DNA from: a virus
Strand: one strand, 5' to 3'
DNA length: 64,000 nucleotides
Virus record (IMG/VR): IMGVR_UViG_3300032116_000033
Span: 70,894 to 134,893 of that record
The stretch's first letter is position 1. Each line of letters starts with the position of its first letter. Below the pieces are notes generated by a model that was given only the letters and a program-made list of their open reading frames with translations, had not been told where the DNA came from and made no database searches. The position numbers and the translations under genes are program-made. Of the stretch, positions 41,205 through 51,515 are shown piece after piece.

Positions 41205-41257
41205 TGTTTAACCCTCGTTGTTTCAACGCGGGCACTACACCCGCGCTGGATGTAGTT

Positions 41258-42328
41258 TTACGCAAGAGATCCGGGCCGCAGCGGCTCGCCGCGATGGTCC
41301 TCGTAGCTCGCTCCGCTCGACGTGGACACGATCTTTGCCTTCGGCACGTTGGTGTACGAGCTGTTGGTCTGAAAGATCACCGAGCCCACGGGACAGAACT
41401 CAGCCACCGGAAGACCGGACAGTCCCTTGATCTCTGATATCGCTCCGTCTCTCGCCTCTGCCTTGGTGGCGTACTGTGCTTGGCCCTGTATGCAGACATA
41501 AGGAAAATCGATGTCATTGGTGGCGAAGACGTGAACCAGCACGAACTTGTTGGCGTCGACCGCCGTAAGCGACCAGCTCGTGCCGTCGAACCTGTTGTAC
41601 GGAAGCGTGGCGCCCACGTACCCGGCGGTTCCGCTGTAGATTACAGGATAAGCATCTTCATCCTTTCGCTTCCAGCTCGTTGTGCCAGAGCGATAGAAAA
41701 CTGGAAACGTCGCCTGTGCCGGAAGCGAGATCTTTATGTCCTCGTCCCAGATCTGCCCCAGCTGGGCTGTAAACTGGGCCTCTGTTGCAAGACCGCCAGA
41801 CCCGTCGACCACGAAGTTCACGAGCTTACAGCCGAAGTCGAAGGCTGCGCCGCGGGTTCTGTGAAGGTAGAGGTGCGTCATGTCACCCATGTGGATGCCG
41901 TGGCGCTCGTTGGCGAAGTAGATGTGCTTGGCTGCGGCTTGGTCCCAGTAGACGATGGACACGAACGCGTACTTCGTGATGATGTCCTCGGTGAAGGAGG
42001 ACGTCACCTTGAGACGACCGTCTGCGTCCAGATAGAAGTAGTGCGAGCCGTGTGAGTCGCCCCACGAGGCCGACAGAGGCGTCGAGATCTCTACAGACTT
42101 GCCCTCTATGAAGTAGACGTAGGAGCCGGAGACCGGCGACACGGTGAGAGTTCTGGAGGCATCGTCTATCGACAGGCTCACGAGCTCGGGGTTCCTGAGG
42201 CCCACCGGCTGCTGCGAGTCCTCGAACGAGTCGAGCCCCTCGATCGCGTCTATGAGCTCTTTGCCGTATTGTTCGCTGGTTACGGCAACCACTATTCGTC
42301 TCTTGAGCTTATCGCTGAGTCTGACCAT
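41258..42328 (-). CDS. Putative virion structural (fibre/decoration) protein
   Basis: Beta-rich; ERHG..M...TH.YLH.TRG motif seen in phage fibre proteins. Confidence 0.5.
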   Translation of the reverse strand: MVRLSDKLKRRIVVAVTSEQYGKELIDAIEGLDSFEDSQQPVGLRNPELVSLSIDDASRTLTVSPVSGSYVYFIEGKSVEISTPLSASWGDSHGSHYFYLDADGRLKVTSSFTEDIITKYAFVSIVYWDQAAAKHIYFANERHGIHMGDMTHLYLHRTRGAAFDFGCKLVNFVVDGSGGLATEAQFTAQLGQIWDEDIKISLPAQATFPVFYRSGTTSWKRKDEDAYPVIYSGTAGYVGATLPYNRFDGTSWSLTAVDANKFVLVHVFATNDIDFPYVCIQGQAQYATKAEARDGAISEIKGLSGLPVAEFCPVGSVIFQTNSSYTNVPKAKIVSTSSGASYEDHRGEPLRPGSLA

Positions 42329-43402
42329 GTGGGTCTCTCCCTGGGCTGTTCACCAGGGATATCTTATCATCTCTAGAGGCTTTTAGAAGTTGTCGTTGTC
42401 CTTATAGCCTAATATTATTCCCAAAATCAGAAACATCGTGAAAACTACTATGATCGTATCCATGTCGTGTAGCATCTATAGCGGGTCGGCGGCAAGGAGC
42501 ACAGACATCTGCTCGTCGAACTCCTCGCTCTGTATGAGATCGACGTACATCGCGTACGTGTTCTTGAGTAAGCGTATCGCCTCTCTTCGATGCCTGTTGG
42601 CGGACTCTCTGGATCTCGGTCTCGCGATGTCTTTCTCCAGAGACAATATCGCTTCGGCGTAGTGCTTGGCTGTAGCGGCTCGCGCGTTTAGGCCCCTCGG
42701 GGCCTCGATCATCAGGATCTTCTCGTAGCCGAGCGTGCGGGCAAGATGCACTATCTCTCTCCAGTGGCGAGACGTGGTCCTCGAGTAGTTGAACGAGTTA
42801 ACGACCAGAGTGCCAGCGATCGGTTTTGCGATGCAGTACCAGTCGTACGAGTACGCGTAGCCGGTCTCGACCGAGAACGTGAGGTTTCGCTTCTCGTAAG
42901 CGTTGCGCTTCTTGACGAACTTGAAACCGCTCATGACGTCAGCCCGCCTTATACTTGAGGTACAGTGCCACGATCGCCGACTGCTGGTTCGGAGTGAAGC
43001 ATCTCTTGCCCGCGTGGTGGCTGTATATGCCTGACACAAGCAGCCTTTCCTTGGTCGACAGTGTCTTCCAGTTCTTCATGATCTCTCTGATGTACTCGAC
43101 GTACGTCGAGTCGTTCTTGAAGTTTCTGACTGCCTTCCTTATGACGTCGTGCTCGAGTCTATCGCTCATGATAACACTCCTATAGATCTGTTTACAAACA
43201 TTAGGATCGGTTCTTGATCTCCATGGTGACGTCCTCAGAGATCTCTTCCAGTATGGAGAGTGCGTCGTCTATCGACTCGCTGAGAAAATCTGCGCCCTCG
43301 GAGCTGAGGTTCAGAGAAGAAGAGAGCGAGTTCAAGGCTTTGAGATCTTTGGCAATCTTCTTTACACTAGCGATAAACATCGCTTCTTCAGTTTTCATAG
43401 TG

Positions 43403-43645
43403 TCACTCGCATCTTCCCTGCGAAACGACCTTGACACCGGCAAGGTTCGCGTAGCAGGCGCTCATGTACGTGCTGCCGTCGCAGCCGCAGACCTCGACTA
43501 TCGGCAGAGTCTCGCACGGGTTTCTAACGAAGTAGACGTCTCTGCACGCGTTCGCTCCAGGAAAGAAGGCTCCGCTCTCGCACTTGCACGACGGGTCGGT
43601 CTGACAGCCCGAGATCGCTATCGAAAGCAAAATAAAGATTCTCAT
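43403..43645 (-). CDS. Lipoprotein with Kazal-type protease-inhibitor domain
   Basis: Lipobox ISGC; C......VCGCDG.TY..AC.A...GV.....G.C. Confidence 0.75.
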   Translation of the reverse strand: MRIFILLSIAISGCQTDPSCKCESGAFFPGANACRDVYFVRNPCETLPIVEVCGCDGSTYMSACYANLAGVKVVSQGRCE

Positions 43646-44116
43646 ACCAGATTCCTCTTGGCAAGAGGACCCGCGTACGACGAAAGGATCGTATCCGCGT
43701 CTTCGAAGGTCTTCGAGGGAACGTCGAGCCACATCAGCCGATCGGCGTCCGGAGGAAGGACCGCGATCTGGTGCGTCAGGTACCTGAACACGCTGATGTT
43801 CTTGTAGCGGTCCATGAGATCAAAGATCTGGCTCTCCGACAGAAACGCTCTGATAGACTGACTGTCGACTCGGCCGTTTACTGCGATAAGAACGTAGAAG
43901 CTGTCCATACGTCTGCTCCTGTGTGGTTATTTTGAGCCCTTCTGGCTCTCTCTCAGCTCGCGCATGAGCTCGCTTATCTTCTTCAGCGACTCTTTGATGG
44001 CTTCCGCACGATCGTCGAGCGACGGGTTCTCTTCTACTTGCTCGTCGCGTTTCTTGCTGCGAAAATCTTTGATGTGAACCACGTCTCCCATCGTCGTCTC
44101 CTCTCGTGTTTGCGAT

Positions 44117-45565
44117 CTACGGATCATTAGATTCGGACGCGCTGGACGATCCCCTGATCTTATCGACAGCGAGCGTGGTGGATCGATCGGCCACGAGGTC
44201 CAGCATGACGGTCTTTCCGCCGTTGCGCTCGACGAAGTCTGCGCCCACGATGTCTTCGTGCCTGTAGTCGCCGCCTTTGACGAGCACGTGCGGCTTGACG
44301 GCCTCTATGAGCGACAGCGGCGTCTCCTCGCTGAACTCTACGACAGCGTCCACGCAGCCGAGCGCGGCAAGGATCTCGCACCGATCCCTCGCGGTGTTGA
44401 TGGGTCTGCCTTGCCCCTTGAGGGCCGCGACAGACGCGTCGGAGTTTACGGCGACCACGAGGAAGTCTCCGAGCGCTCTGGCTCTCTGAAGGAGCGAGAC
44501 GTGGCCTACGTGAAGGAGGTCGAAGCATCCGTTCGTGAACACGATCTTTCCTCTCGGAGTCTCGAGCGCGGCCGTGAGGTCCGCAGCCGACAGAACCTTG
44601 GACGCGAGCTCCAGCCGCTTGGGCCTGAGCGCATCCTCGAGCTCCTCTCTCAGTATCGGCTGAGTGCCCCACTTGCCGACGACCTTTCCGGCCGCGGCGT
44701 TTGCGAGGACCATCGACTGCCTGAGCGTCTGGCCCGATGCAAGGGCGAGCGCCATAACGGCGGCCACGGTGTCGCCCGCTCCGGAGACGTCGAACACGTC
44801 AACTGCGACCGTGGGGATGTGGGCGAAGGATCCGTCTGCGGCGAGGCCCGCCATGCCCTCTGCTCCGAGCGTCACGAGGACCGACTCCGATCTCGCGATC
44901 TCGGACACGAGCCTCGCGATGCTGAGCGTGTCGCCGGGATCTCGGCCGATCGCTTCAACCGCCTCTTTCCGGTTGGGCGTTATGAGCGTGCATCCCTCGT
45001 AAGGCGAGAAGTCTCTGCCCTTGGGGTCGACGACCACCGGAACGCCGCGCGATCGGCCGAGCGATATGATCCGTCTTATGAGAGAGTGCGGCATGCCGCC
45101 TTTGCCGTAGTCGCTTATGAGGATCGCATCCCACGGCGTCATCCTCATCTCCTCGTAGACCATGTCCTGAAGCCGCTGCGATATTGGCTTGATCGACTCC
45201 CAGTCGACTCTCACGATCTGATGGTGGTCGGCCGTGACGCGCGTCTTTCTGACGGTCTCGACCGTGCTGTCGCCTATGACAGGACTGATGTCTACGCCGT
45301 CCTTGGCGAGGCATCGCTTGAGCTCGCCTCCCGCATGGTCTCTTCCGACCGCGCCGAAGAGGGTCGCGTCTCCGCCCACGAGCTGCACGTTGCGTGCCAC
45401 GTTGGCGGCGCCACCGGGCACGAGCCTCGTGGACCTCACGTGGAGGACCGGCACCGGCGCCTCGGGCGATATGCGCGTGACGGTTCCGTCGAGGTATTCG
45501 TCGAGCATGAGATCGCCGACGACCGCGACGCGCACTTTTTTGCTGCACCATGGAAGATGGGTCAT
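44117..45565 (-). CDS. hldE: Bifunctional heptose-7-phosphate kinase / heptose-1-phosphate adenylyltransferase
   Basis: VGDLMLDEY, RISPEAPVPV, GGAANVA, SDYGKG, TPNRKEA, DVSGAGDT; FTNGCFDLLHVGH, NSD.SV, KGGDY. Confidence 0.95.
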   Translation of the reverse strand: MTHLPWCSKKVRVAVVGDLMLDEYLDGTVTRISPEAPVPVLHVRSTRLVPGGAANVARNVQLVGGDATLFGAVGRDHAGGELKRCLAKDGVDISPVIGDSTVETVRKTRVTADHHQIVRVDWESIKPISQRLQDMVYEEMRMTPWDAILISDYGKGGMPHSLIRRIISLGRSRGVPVVVDPKGRDFSPYEGCTLITPNRKEAVEAIGRDPGDTLSIARLVSEIARSESVLVTLGAEGMAGLAADGSFAHIPTVAVDVFDVSGAGDTVAAVMALALASGQTLRQSMVLANAAAGKVVGKWGTQPILREELEDALRPKRLELASKVLSAADLTAALETPRGKIVFTNGCFDLLHVGHVSLLQRARALGDFLVVAVNSDASVAALKGQGRPINTARDRCEILAALGCVDAVVEFSEETPLSLIEAVKPHVLVKGGDYRHEDIVGADFVERNGGKTVMLDLVADRSTTLAVDKIRGSSSASESNDP

Positions 45566-46479
45566 AGTGTATCCACAGGAAATTATCGTAGTGAGCCTGT
45601 TTCAGATGTGAGTGAGTCTATGCATCTCGCGCACCTTGTGCACATCAGCCAATCGTCTGAGTGGTGCGTGCCGTAGTTCGGCCAACACACCAGGAACACG
45701 GCATCTGTCTTACAGAAGCCGCAGTAGCCTTTGACGCCTGCGCCGAGCATCACGTGCTCGAAGTCTAGGTCGTCCAGCATCTTTCTCTGCATGCGCTTCT
45801 CCTTGAAGGACTCAGTCGTCGATCCTCAAGAGGAACGACAGGACCCCCATCAGCATCAGGGCGAACACCACAGACACCGCGACGAAGTCGATCATAGGTC
45901 CTTCCACCTGTAGCCGAGTATCAGCAGAAAGTACGCTGCCCACACAGCGAAACCGAGCCATATGTTTATCTGGGCTGCGGCCAGCGTGCCGATGCACACG
46001 GCGACGCCGACAACGATAGCTTTCATGACTTGAAATCTCATACGATCTTCATCCTTCTCAGTGAGACGAGCACGTTGCCGAGCCTGTAGGCTGTGCTGAT
46101 GTCTTTGTCGAAGTAGAGCTTGTTCTTCATTATCCACGAAGCAAGCTCGGCCCATCTGTAGTCAGACTCTCTCATCGCGGCAGCCTCCGGCCATGATCAT
46201 CTGTCTTTGCTGGTCGGAAACTGTATGACGTTGCTCTTGAGCGACAGGACCTTTGCTCGCGGTCTGTCGGTCTTGCGCTTGGCTGTCTCGCTGCCGGTCG
46301 GAAACTGCGGCGGGTTCTTGCGGGCGACGTACTCGTTTATCGCCTCGGTCAGCGTCTGCCTGCTGATGAGCTTAGCGCCCATCTCCTCGGCCGCCTCGTT
46401 GATCTTCGCTATAAGGATCTCGATCTTGCGGTCTCGGTCCATGTCGCATAACCTCGATGTTGGTTTCTGAGAGATCTGA

Positions 46480-46502
46480 TGGGGGCCTACGGTAGGCCCC
46501 CA
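46480..46502. other. Strong GC hairpin
   Basis: TGGGGGCCTA-CGG-TAGGCCCCCA. Confidence 0.7.
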
Positions 46503-47933
46503 CCACTACTACAAGGGGTGTCAGCTAGGCACATGCGCGCCCAGAGGCTAGACTTACGTCGTTCGCGGAGGCATTATACATCGCCGTCGTCTTCGGCGGG
46601 ACTCTCACGGCGGTCGAAGAAGACCGTCCACGTCGTCGCGGCGACAAGGGCAAAAACCATGATCATGATCGACAGGGTCGCTACATCGTATATGTCTTGT
46701 GCCCAGCTCATGTCAGCTCCTCTCTGGTCTGTGGTAGATGTGTGCGCGATCTTTCTGGAACTTGGCGACTCGCTCGCGATCGTTCAGGAGCTTGGTTCGC
46801 TTGGCGTCTTCGGCCTTGGGCTTCGATCTGTCGGCGAGGTCTACGATCTCGATCTCGCGGAGAGACGTCAGACAGTAACAATTACCGCTGAACCGTACGT
46901 GCTCGATCGCCTTAGACATCGTCATCGGCGTAACCTCGGCCATGCGGTCGGCGAAGTAGGAGCACCCCTCGAGGTGATCGTCGCTCTCGCCGCATTCTCT
47001 GCAGAAATACTCGTTATCGAACATATCCATGACTTTCCCCTTTGTTAATGATCATCGTCGTTTACACGTATCTCTAGGATCGGAAATCACTGCATGCTCT
47101 GGAGTCTGTCGAGCCACTCCCAGTCGGATGTCTCTCGCACGACGTAGTCCACCAAGCGCTTGTGGAGCACTCGGTCGCGACACTCGCATAACTTGGTCAG
47201 CGACCGTAGCTCGGCCTCGTAGGCGGCCGTGGACGCGACCCATCCGTAGAATCGGTCCTCTTCCATGGCCAGTGTGAGCGACTCGATGCGCTCCTGCAGT
47301 TCATTGTCGTCACGTTCACTCATTACACAACCTCCCAGATACTTGCTTTTTTACGCCAATCTTTCCATTTGGCTATGTCTGCAAAATATAGTGTTACTGC
47401 CGTTTCTGCTTCTTCAAGGCTCTTAAAGTAACGCGGGGTTCCTGGGTCGTATTCGTTAAGCGACGTGAAATCGTAATCTTTCCAAAAACACCAGAAACCT
47501 AGCTTTCTAAACTGTACTGCATATAAATTTAACCCATTACGAACGATGCGGTACTTCATACGTCCTCCTAAAGGGTGATGTGTCAGTCCTCCTTCTTTGT
47601 ATCCTTTGCATAGGCCGCCCAGACGCAACAGTATATGACTGCCGCGGCGGGCGCGGCTATAAACCAATGCATTAGAAACGGAAACCGCTCACACAACTCC
47701 AAGATAACCGCAGCTATTCCAAAGAACACGGCAAATGTTGCCAAGGTTTTAAGGTGTGCCAGCATCTATTACTCCTCAATCAAACGGTTTTGGCGATTCT
47801 TTCCAAGTATACCCACAGCGGTTGCACCTGAACGTGTAGGTATACCAAAACCCATATTTCATCGTCCCCGAATCCTTGTCGGGGAATCTGCTAATTTTAG
47901 TTCTGTTATGGAAACCTAGCCAACATTTGATAC

Positions 47934-48596
47934 TCATACTTCCTCCTCAAGGCCCAGGCGTTCGGCTATTTCTTTAAACCTATCATTCCGCATTATAAAT
48001 TCCTGAGTAGCATCAAACGCATACTTAAGGCTTTCCCTCGTCACCCACACACCCTTATCGCTCGGCTGCGTGCGTTGCTCGACCGCTTCGCGAATTGCAA
48101 GAGTTGCGCGTTTGAATTGCTCCAGCGCCTCAAGCCGCTTAGTTAGGTCGCGCAGTTCTAGCCGAAGGTCTAAATTCACGTCGTCCTGAAGTACGCCTAG
48201 CTCGTCGTCAAACTTGTCTAGTCGCTCCTCAAGCGCATCCACTCGGCTCGGTTGCACCGCGCTCTGGTCTGCAAGGTAGTCGCTCCGGAGGCCGTTGATG
48301 CGGGCGATGTAGTCTGTCCGCATCTCGTTCATGCGCTTGAGGGTTTCCACGGTTATCTCACGCAGCGCTTCTATCTCGTTCCACAGTTCAGTCGTTTCGC
48401 TGGGTTCGGGCTCGTCGGCTAGAGGGATAAGGTCAAGGTCTCTCATGTCGCCTGTACTATTTCCGTGCTGATTCCAAGTAACCGTCCCAATATCGCCTGC
48501 TTTTTCGAGCACCCCGGCATACCAGCCGTTAGCGTCAGGACCGTGAATGCTCAGTATCTTGTAGCCGCCTTTGGTAGTGTCGGTTCTAAAGTTCAT
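47934..48596 (-). CDS. Coiled-coil hypothetical protein in an AT-richer island
   Basis: ORF coupled to its neighbours; heptad C-terminal half. Confidence 0.6.
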   Translation of the reverse strand: MNFRTDTTKGGYKILSIHGPDANGWYAGVLEKAGDIGTVTWNQHGNSTGDMRDLDLIPLADEPEPSETTELWNEIEALREITVETLKRMNEMRTDYIARINGLRSDYLADQSAVQPSRVDALEERLDKFDDELGVLQDDVNLDLRLELRDLTKRLEALEQFKRATLAIREAVEQRTQPSDKGVWVTRESLKYAFDATQEFIMRNDRFKEIAERLGLEEEV

Positions 48597-48943
48597 AGCT
48601 TCTCCACGTTCTTTTCAATGATGCTGGCTATCTCTTTGAAGCTCTTGCCGGTATCGTTTAATTCGGTTAAGCAGTCGTCCTTAATTTCACCCGCGGTAGA
48701 GCTCATCCCGGCCCATAGCCGCACTTCTAATGGAAGAACCTGGTCATCCACGTCACCTTCTGTTTTAAAAACCCAGCCGCCAGAGCCCCTAACCCACTCC
48801 CCAATCCCTTCATCAACGGCAAGGTTACAAAGCACTCCTAAGCAACAAAAATTATCGTTTTCGTCCACAAGCTGGTGGGTGCCTTGCTGGTAGGCGCCGC
48901 TACGAAGAGCCTTTACCCATTTTTTAGCGATTGATTTTTTCAT
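48593..48943 (-). CDS. Conserved-type phage protein
   Basis: KWV.ALRSG.Y.QG, CCLGVLC, LND.G.SF.EIA..IE. Confidence 0.7.
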   Translation of the reverse strand: MKKSIAKKWVKALRSGAYQQGTHQLVDENDNFCCLGVLCNLAVDEGIGEWVRGSGGWVFKTEGDVDDQVLPLEVRLWAGMSSTAGEIKDDCLTELNDTGKSFKEIASIIEKNVEKL

Positions 48944-49913
48944 TGGTGGTCCTCATATGTTTCTTGTACTTCCACTTCTTCAATGTATGTACAATTGCAG
49001 CCCATAGACGTCGGTCTTTTAAACTCAGCTCCAAGGCTTTCGGCCACGGCTTTGGCGCAAGCTTCTGCTGCCTCTTTGTTGGTAAACAACCCCTGAGAAA
49101 ATGAACCAACGCAAGCCTCGTGAAAAAACACTTGATAGACGGTCATTGGTTGTCCTCCTCAGTAAAAGCATCGGGGTTAATTTTTTCGGCAATGACTTCT
49201 AAATACAGGGCAATCTTTTCTAAACTGTCTGCGATGTTTTCTAGTGATTGCCCTTCTGGTGGGTAGTCCGGTCTTCGTTTAGGTCCTGCCATTACTCACC
49301 CTCCTCAATCTTTCTAGCTGCTTGCACTATGTCGGACACTTGTCGTAGTCATTGGTTGTCTCCCAGGTCTTGTATTGCTTCACATTGCGAACACTCATAC
49401 TCTCCTCCTCACGTCAATAGATTAGGATCGGGAAAACACCTTAGGAAGGCCTACCAGAAGCAAACCTAACCCAAGGGGAAGGTCAATCAGAACTCACAGG
49501 GGAAGGCTGGACAACGCTGTCTCACGCATGCCTAGGATACCCATCGAAACACATCAGCTTTAACGCATTAAAACGTACCTACTCCTAACACCAACAACAG
49601 CACGCAAGCGCCTGCAGCAACAGGAGCATAACAGCAGATCGTGCAGCAGCAGACGTTCGGCAGAATAGCTACCTAGGGATAGTACTGGGTCACAGAGAAT
49701 AGGTTAGTGGGTCTAGAGGAGGGTTTGGTAGTAGGGGTAGGGGTGAATTGACGCCCAAACTAACTCCAGGTTTCACTTAGAAACACTTACTTTTATACCC
49801 GAAACACACCTATCGCTTCCTGACCTCTCCCGGTCGCGAGTTCTCCTACCCCTAAAACAGATACTTTCGGGTGCTTTCGGGCTAGAAAGGTCAATGATTT
49901 CCTCGGAACGTGA

Positions 49914-49961
49914 AAAGCCCCTAGAGGAAGAGAGCGTCCTTGCTCTCCTAGGGGTAGTTTT
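49914..49961 (-). terminator. Probable intrinsic terminator
   Basis: CCCCTAG...CTAGGGG stem, with AAAAG on the + strand giving a U-tract on the minus strand. Confidence 0.55.
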
Positions 49962-49963
49962 GA

Positions 49964-50476
49964 TTAGCTCACGAGATCGCGAAGGTGCTCTGGTATGACG
50001 TCGAGGTTGATGGTTGGAGTATCAGCTGCTGCTGAGGGCTTGATCTCTGCTAGGCGGGACTCGATGGCTTCTTGTACTTTTTGCGCGTTGGCGTCGTCGC
50101 CCTTGTCTTCCAGGTGCTTCAGGAGTGTCTTGAGCTCCTTGATCACTGGGTCCTGGGCGCCTTGGCGTGAGCCTGGGTTTTTCGCTTCGTACTTGGCGCC
50201 TGCGTTGAGTCGCTTGTCCTTGTTGTGCCAGTTGGTGATGAGGCCTGCGATGTAGCTGCGTAGCAGCTTCGGATCTTGCAGCTTGGCCTGGTTGGCCGGT
50301 GTGTCTTTGAACTCCACTTGACCTTCTTGGAAGAGCGACACCAGGCGGTCTGCTATGGCGGCGCGTGCCTCCTTGGTGATCACGTCGTGGATGATGGTCT
50401 CGCCTGGGGTGAAGCTGATGCCGTGCGAAGCGAGGACCTGGGTCGTTACGTTGAAGACTGCGTCTGACTGTTTCAT
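49964..50476 (-). CDS. Early protein, paralogue 1
   Basis: GGAG RBS; shares NW.NK.K.LN.GAKYEAKNPGSRQG..DPV.KEL.TL.KHLE and INLD..PEHLRDL with 51516. Confidence 0.8.
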   Translation of the reverse strand: MKQSDAVFNVTTQVLASHGISFTPGETIIHDVITKEARAAIADRLVSLFQEGQVEFKDTPANQAKLQDPKLLRSYIAGLITNWHNKDKRLNAGAKYEAKNPGSRQGAQDPVIKELKTLLKHLEDKGDDANAQKVQEAIESRLAEIKPSAAADTPTINLDVIPEHLRDLVS

Positions 50477-50859
50477 AGATAACACTCCGTAGTTAAGTTT
50501 AGTAAGACTCAAACATCGTCTTACGTTAGGGATGTAGGATCGGGACTCACTCGGCGTCGCTGAGGACCTCATACAGGAAGTCGTGCTCGGCGTCGAAGCA
50601 GCTCAGGTTCTCTTCGGCCCACCTGATCTTGGCGATCAGTCCTTCTCGGTAGCCGTAGAGGTACTCGGGCTCGTAGGTGAGGGTAGGTTCGGGATCCTTG
50701 CCGGCGGTGGCATGGTCGAAACCCAGTCGGTCTAGCTGCTGCTGCATAGTCGGTGCTCCTAGTGGTGTGCGTTTAGCTAACGTATGCCTGTAGGTTCGGA
50801 AAAGACCGGCGCAGTGCGGGGCCGGCGTAGCGGTGTCGGTGCACTTGGGCACCGTGCGG

Positions 50860-51273
50860 CTAGTCCTGCCAGTCATCGCCGAACAACTCCGCTCGCTTGG
50901 TTCGGTAAGCTTCTGCTGCCTCTTCAGGCGAGTCGAACGTACGTCGCCACACGATCTTGTAGTCCTTCATGATCCTAGCTTCCCACCTCTTGGCGTCCGA
51001 CGCTAGGCTTACACCCTTGTAGCCGGACCTGTTTCGCTTCGTAAGCTTGCAGTTCCTAGTGTTAGTGGACACATCGGTCACTCGCAGGTTCTCGCGCCTG
51101 TTGTCTAGGCGGTCTCCGTTCACGTGGTCAACTACCTCGCCCTTGACCAGCGGGCGGCCAAGCATGCGCTCTGCCACCAGCCGATGAATATAGCGGTCAC
51201 AGTTCCTCAAGTAGCGCCCGTCGAAGCGTACCGTAAGTTCTCTCAGCGACTCATCTTCGACGGACAGCAGCAT
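50860..51273 (-). CDS. HNH-AP2 homing-type endonuclease
   Basis: IHRLVA, VDHVNGDRLDNRRENLR, SGYKGV, W.ARI, F...EEAA.AY. Confidence 0.9.
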   Translation of the reverse strand: MLLSVEDESLRELTVRFDGRYLRNCDRYIHRLVAERMLGRPLVKGEVVDHVNGDRLDNRRENLRVTDVSTNTRNCKLTKRNRSGYKGVSLASDAKRWEARIMKDYKIVWRRTFDSPEEAAEAYRTKRAELFGDDWQD

Positions 51274-51276
51274 ACC

Positions 51277-51432
51277 TCACTCTTCCTCGTACAGTTCGTC
51301 CTCGTCGTCGTACAGTTCCTCGTGGTCTAGGTCCTCGTCGTCGGCCAAGTCGTCGTCGTCTCGGCCGCTGTAGTCGCTGTAGATCTGCTGCTTGCTGGTC
51401 GTGAGCGGTAAAAGCTGCGTCTCTAGCATCAT
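51277..51432 (-). CDS. 51-aa highly acidic peptide (below the ORF-track cutoff)
   Basis: GAGGGAG RBS; C-terminal DDDDLADDEDLDHEELYDDEDELYEEE. Confidence 0.6.
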   Translation of the reverse strand: MMLETQLLPLTTSKQQIYSDYSGRDDDDLADDEDLDHEELYDDEDELYEEE

Positions 51433-51515
51433 GGTGAATCTCCCTCGTAGGATGTGTGTATGTGCTTAGTATCGGGAAAGAGCTCTTCCGCGCTGAGCTC
51501 GCTTCGTTCCTGGGA

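Noticed and set aside
44258-45676. 472-aa plus-strand ORF
   Set aside because: Antisense shadow of the GC-rich hldE gene
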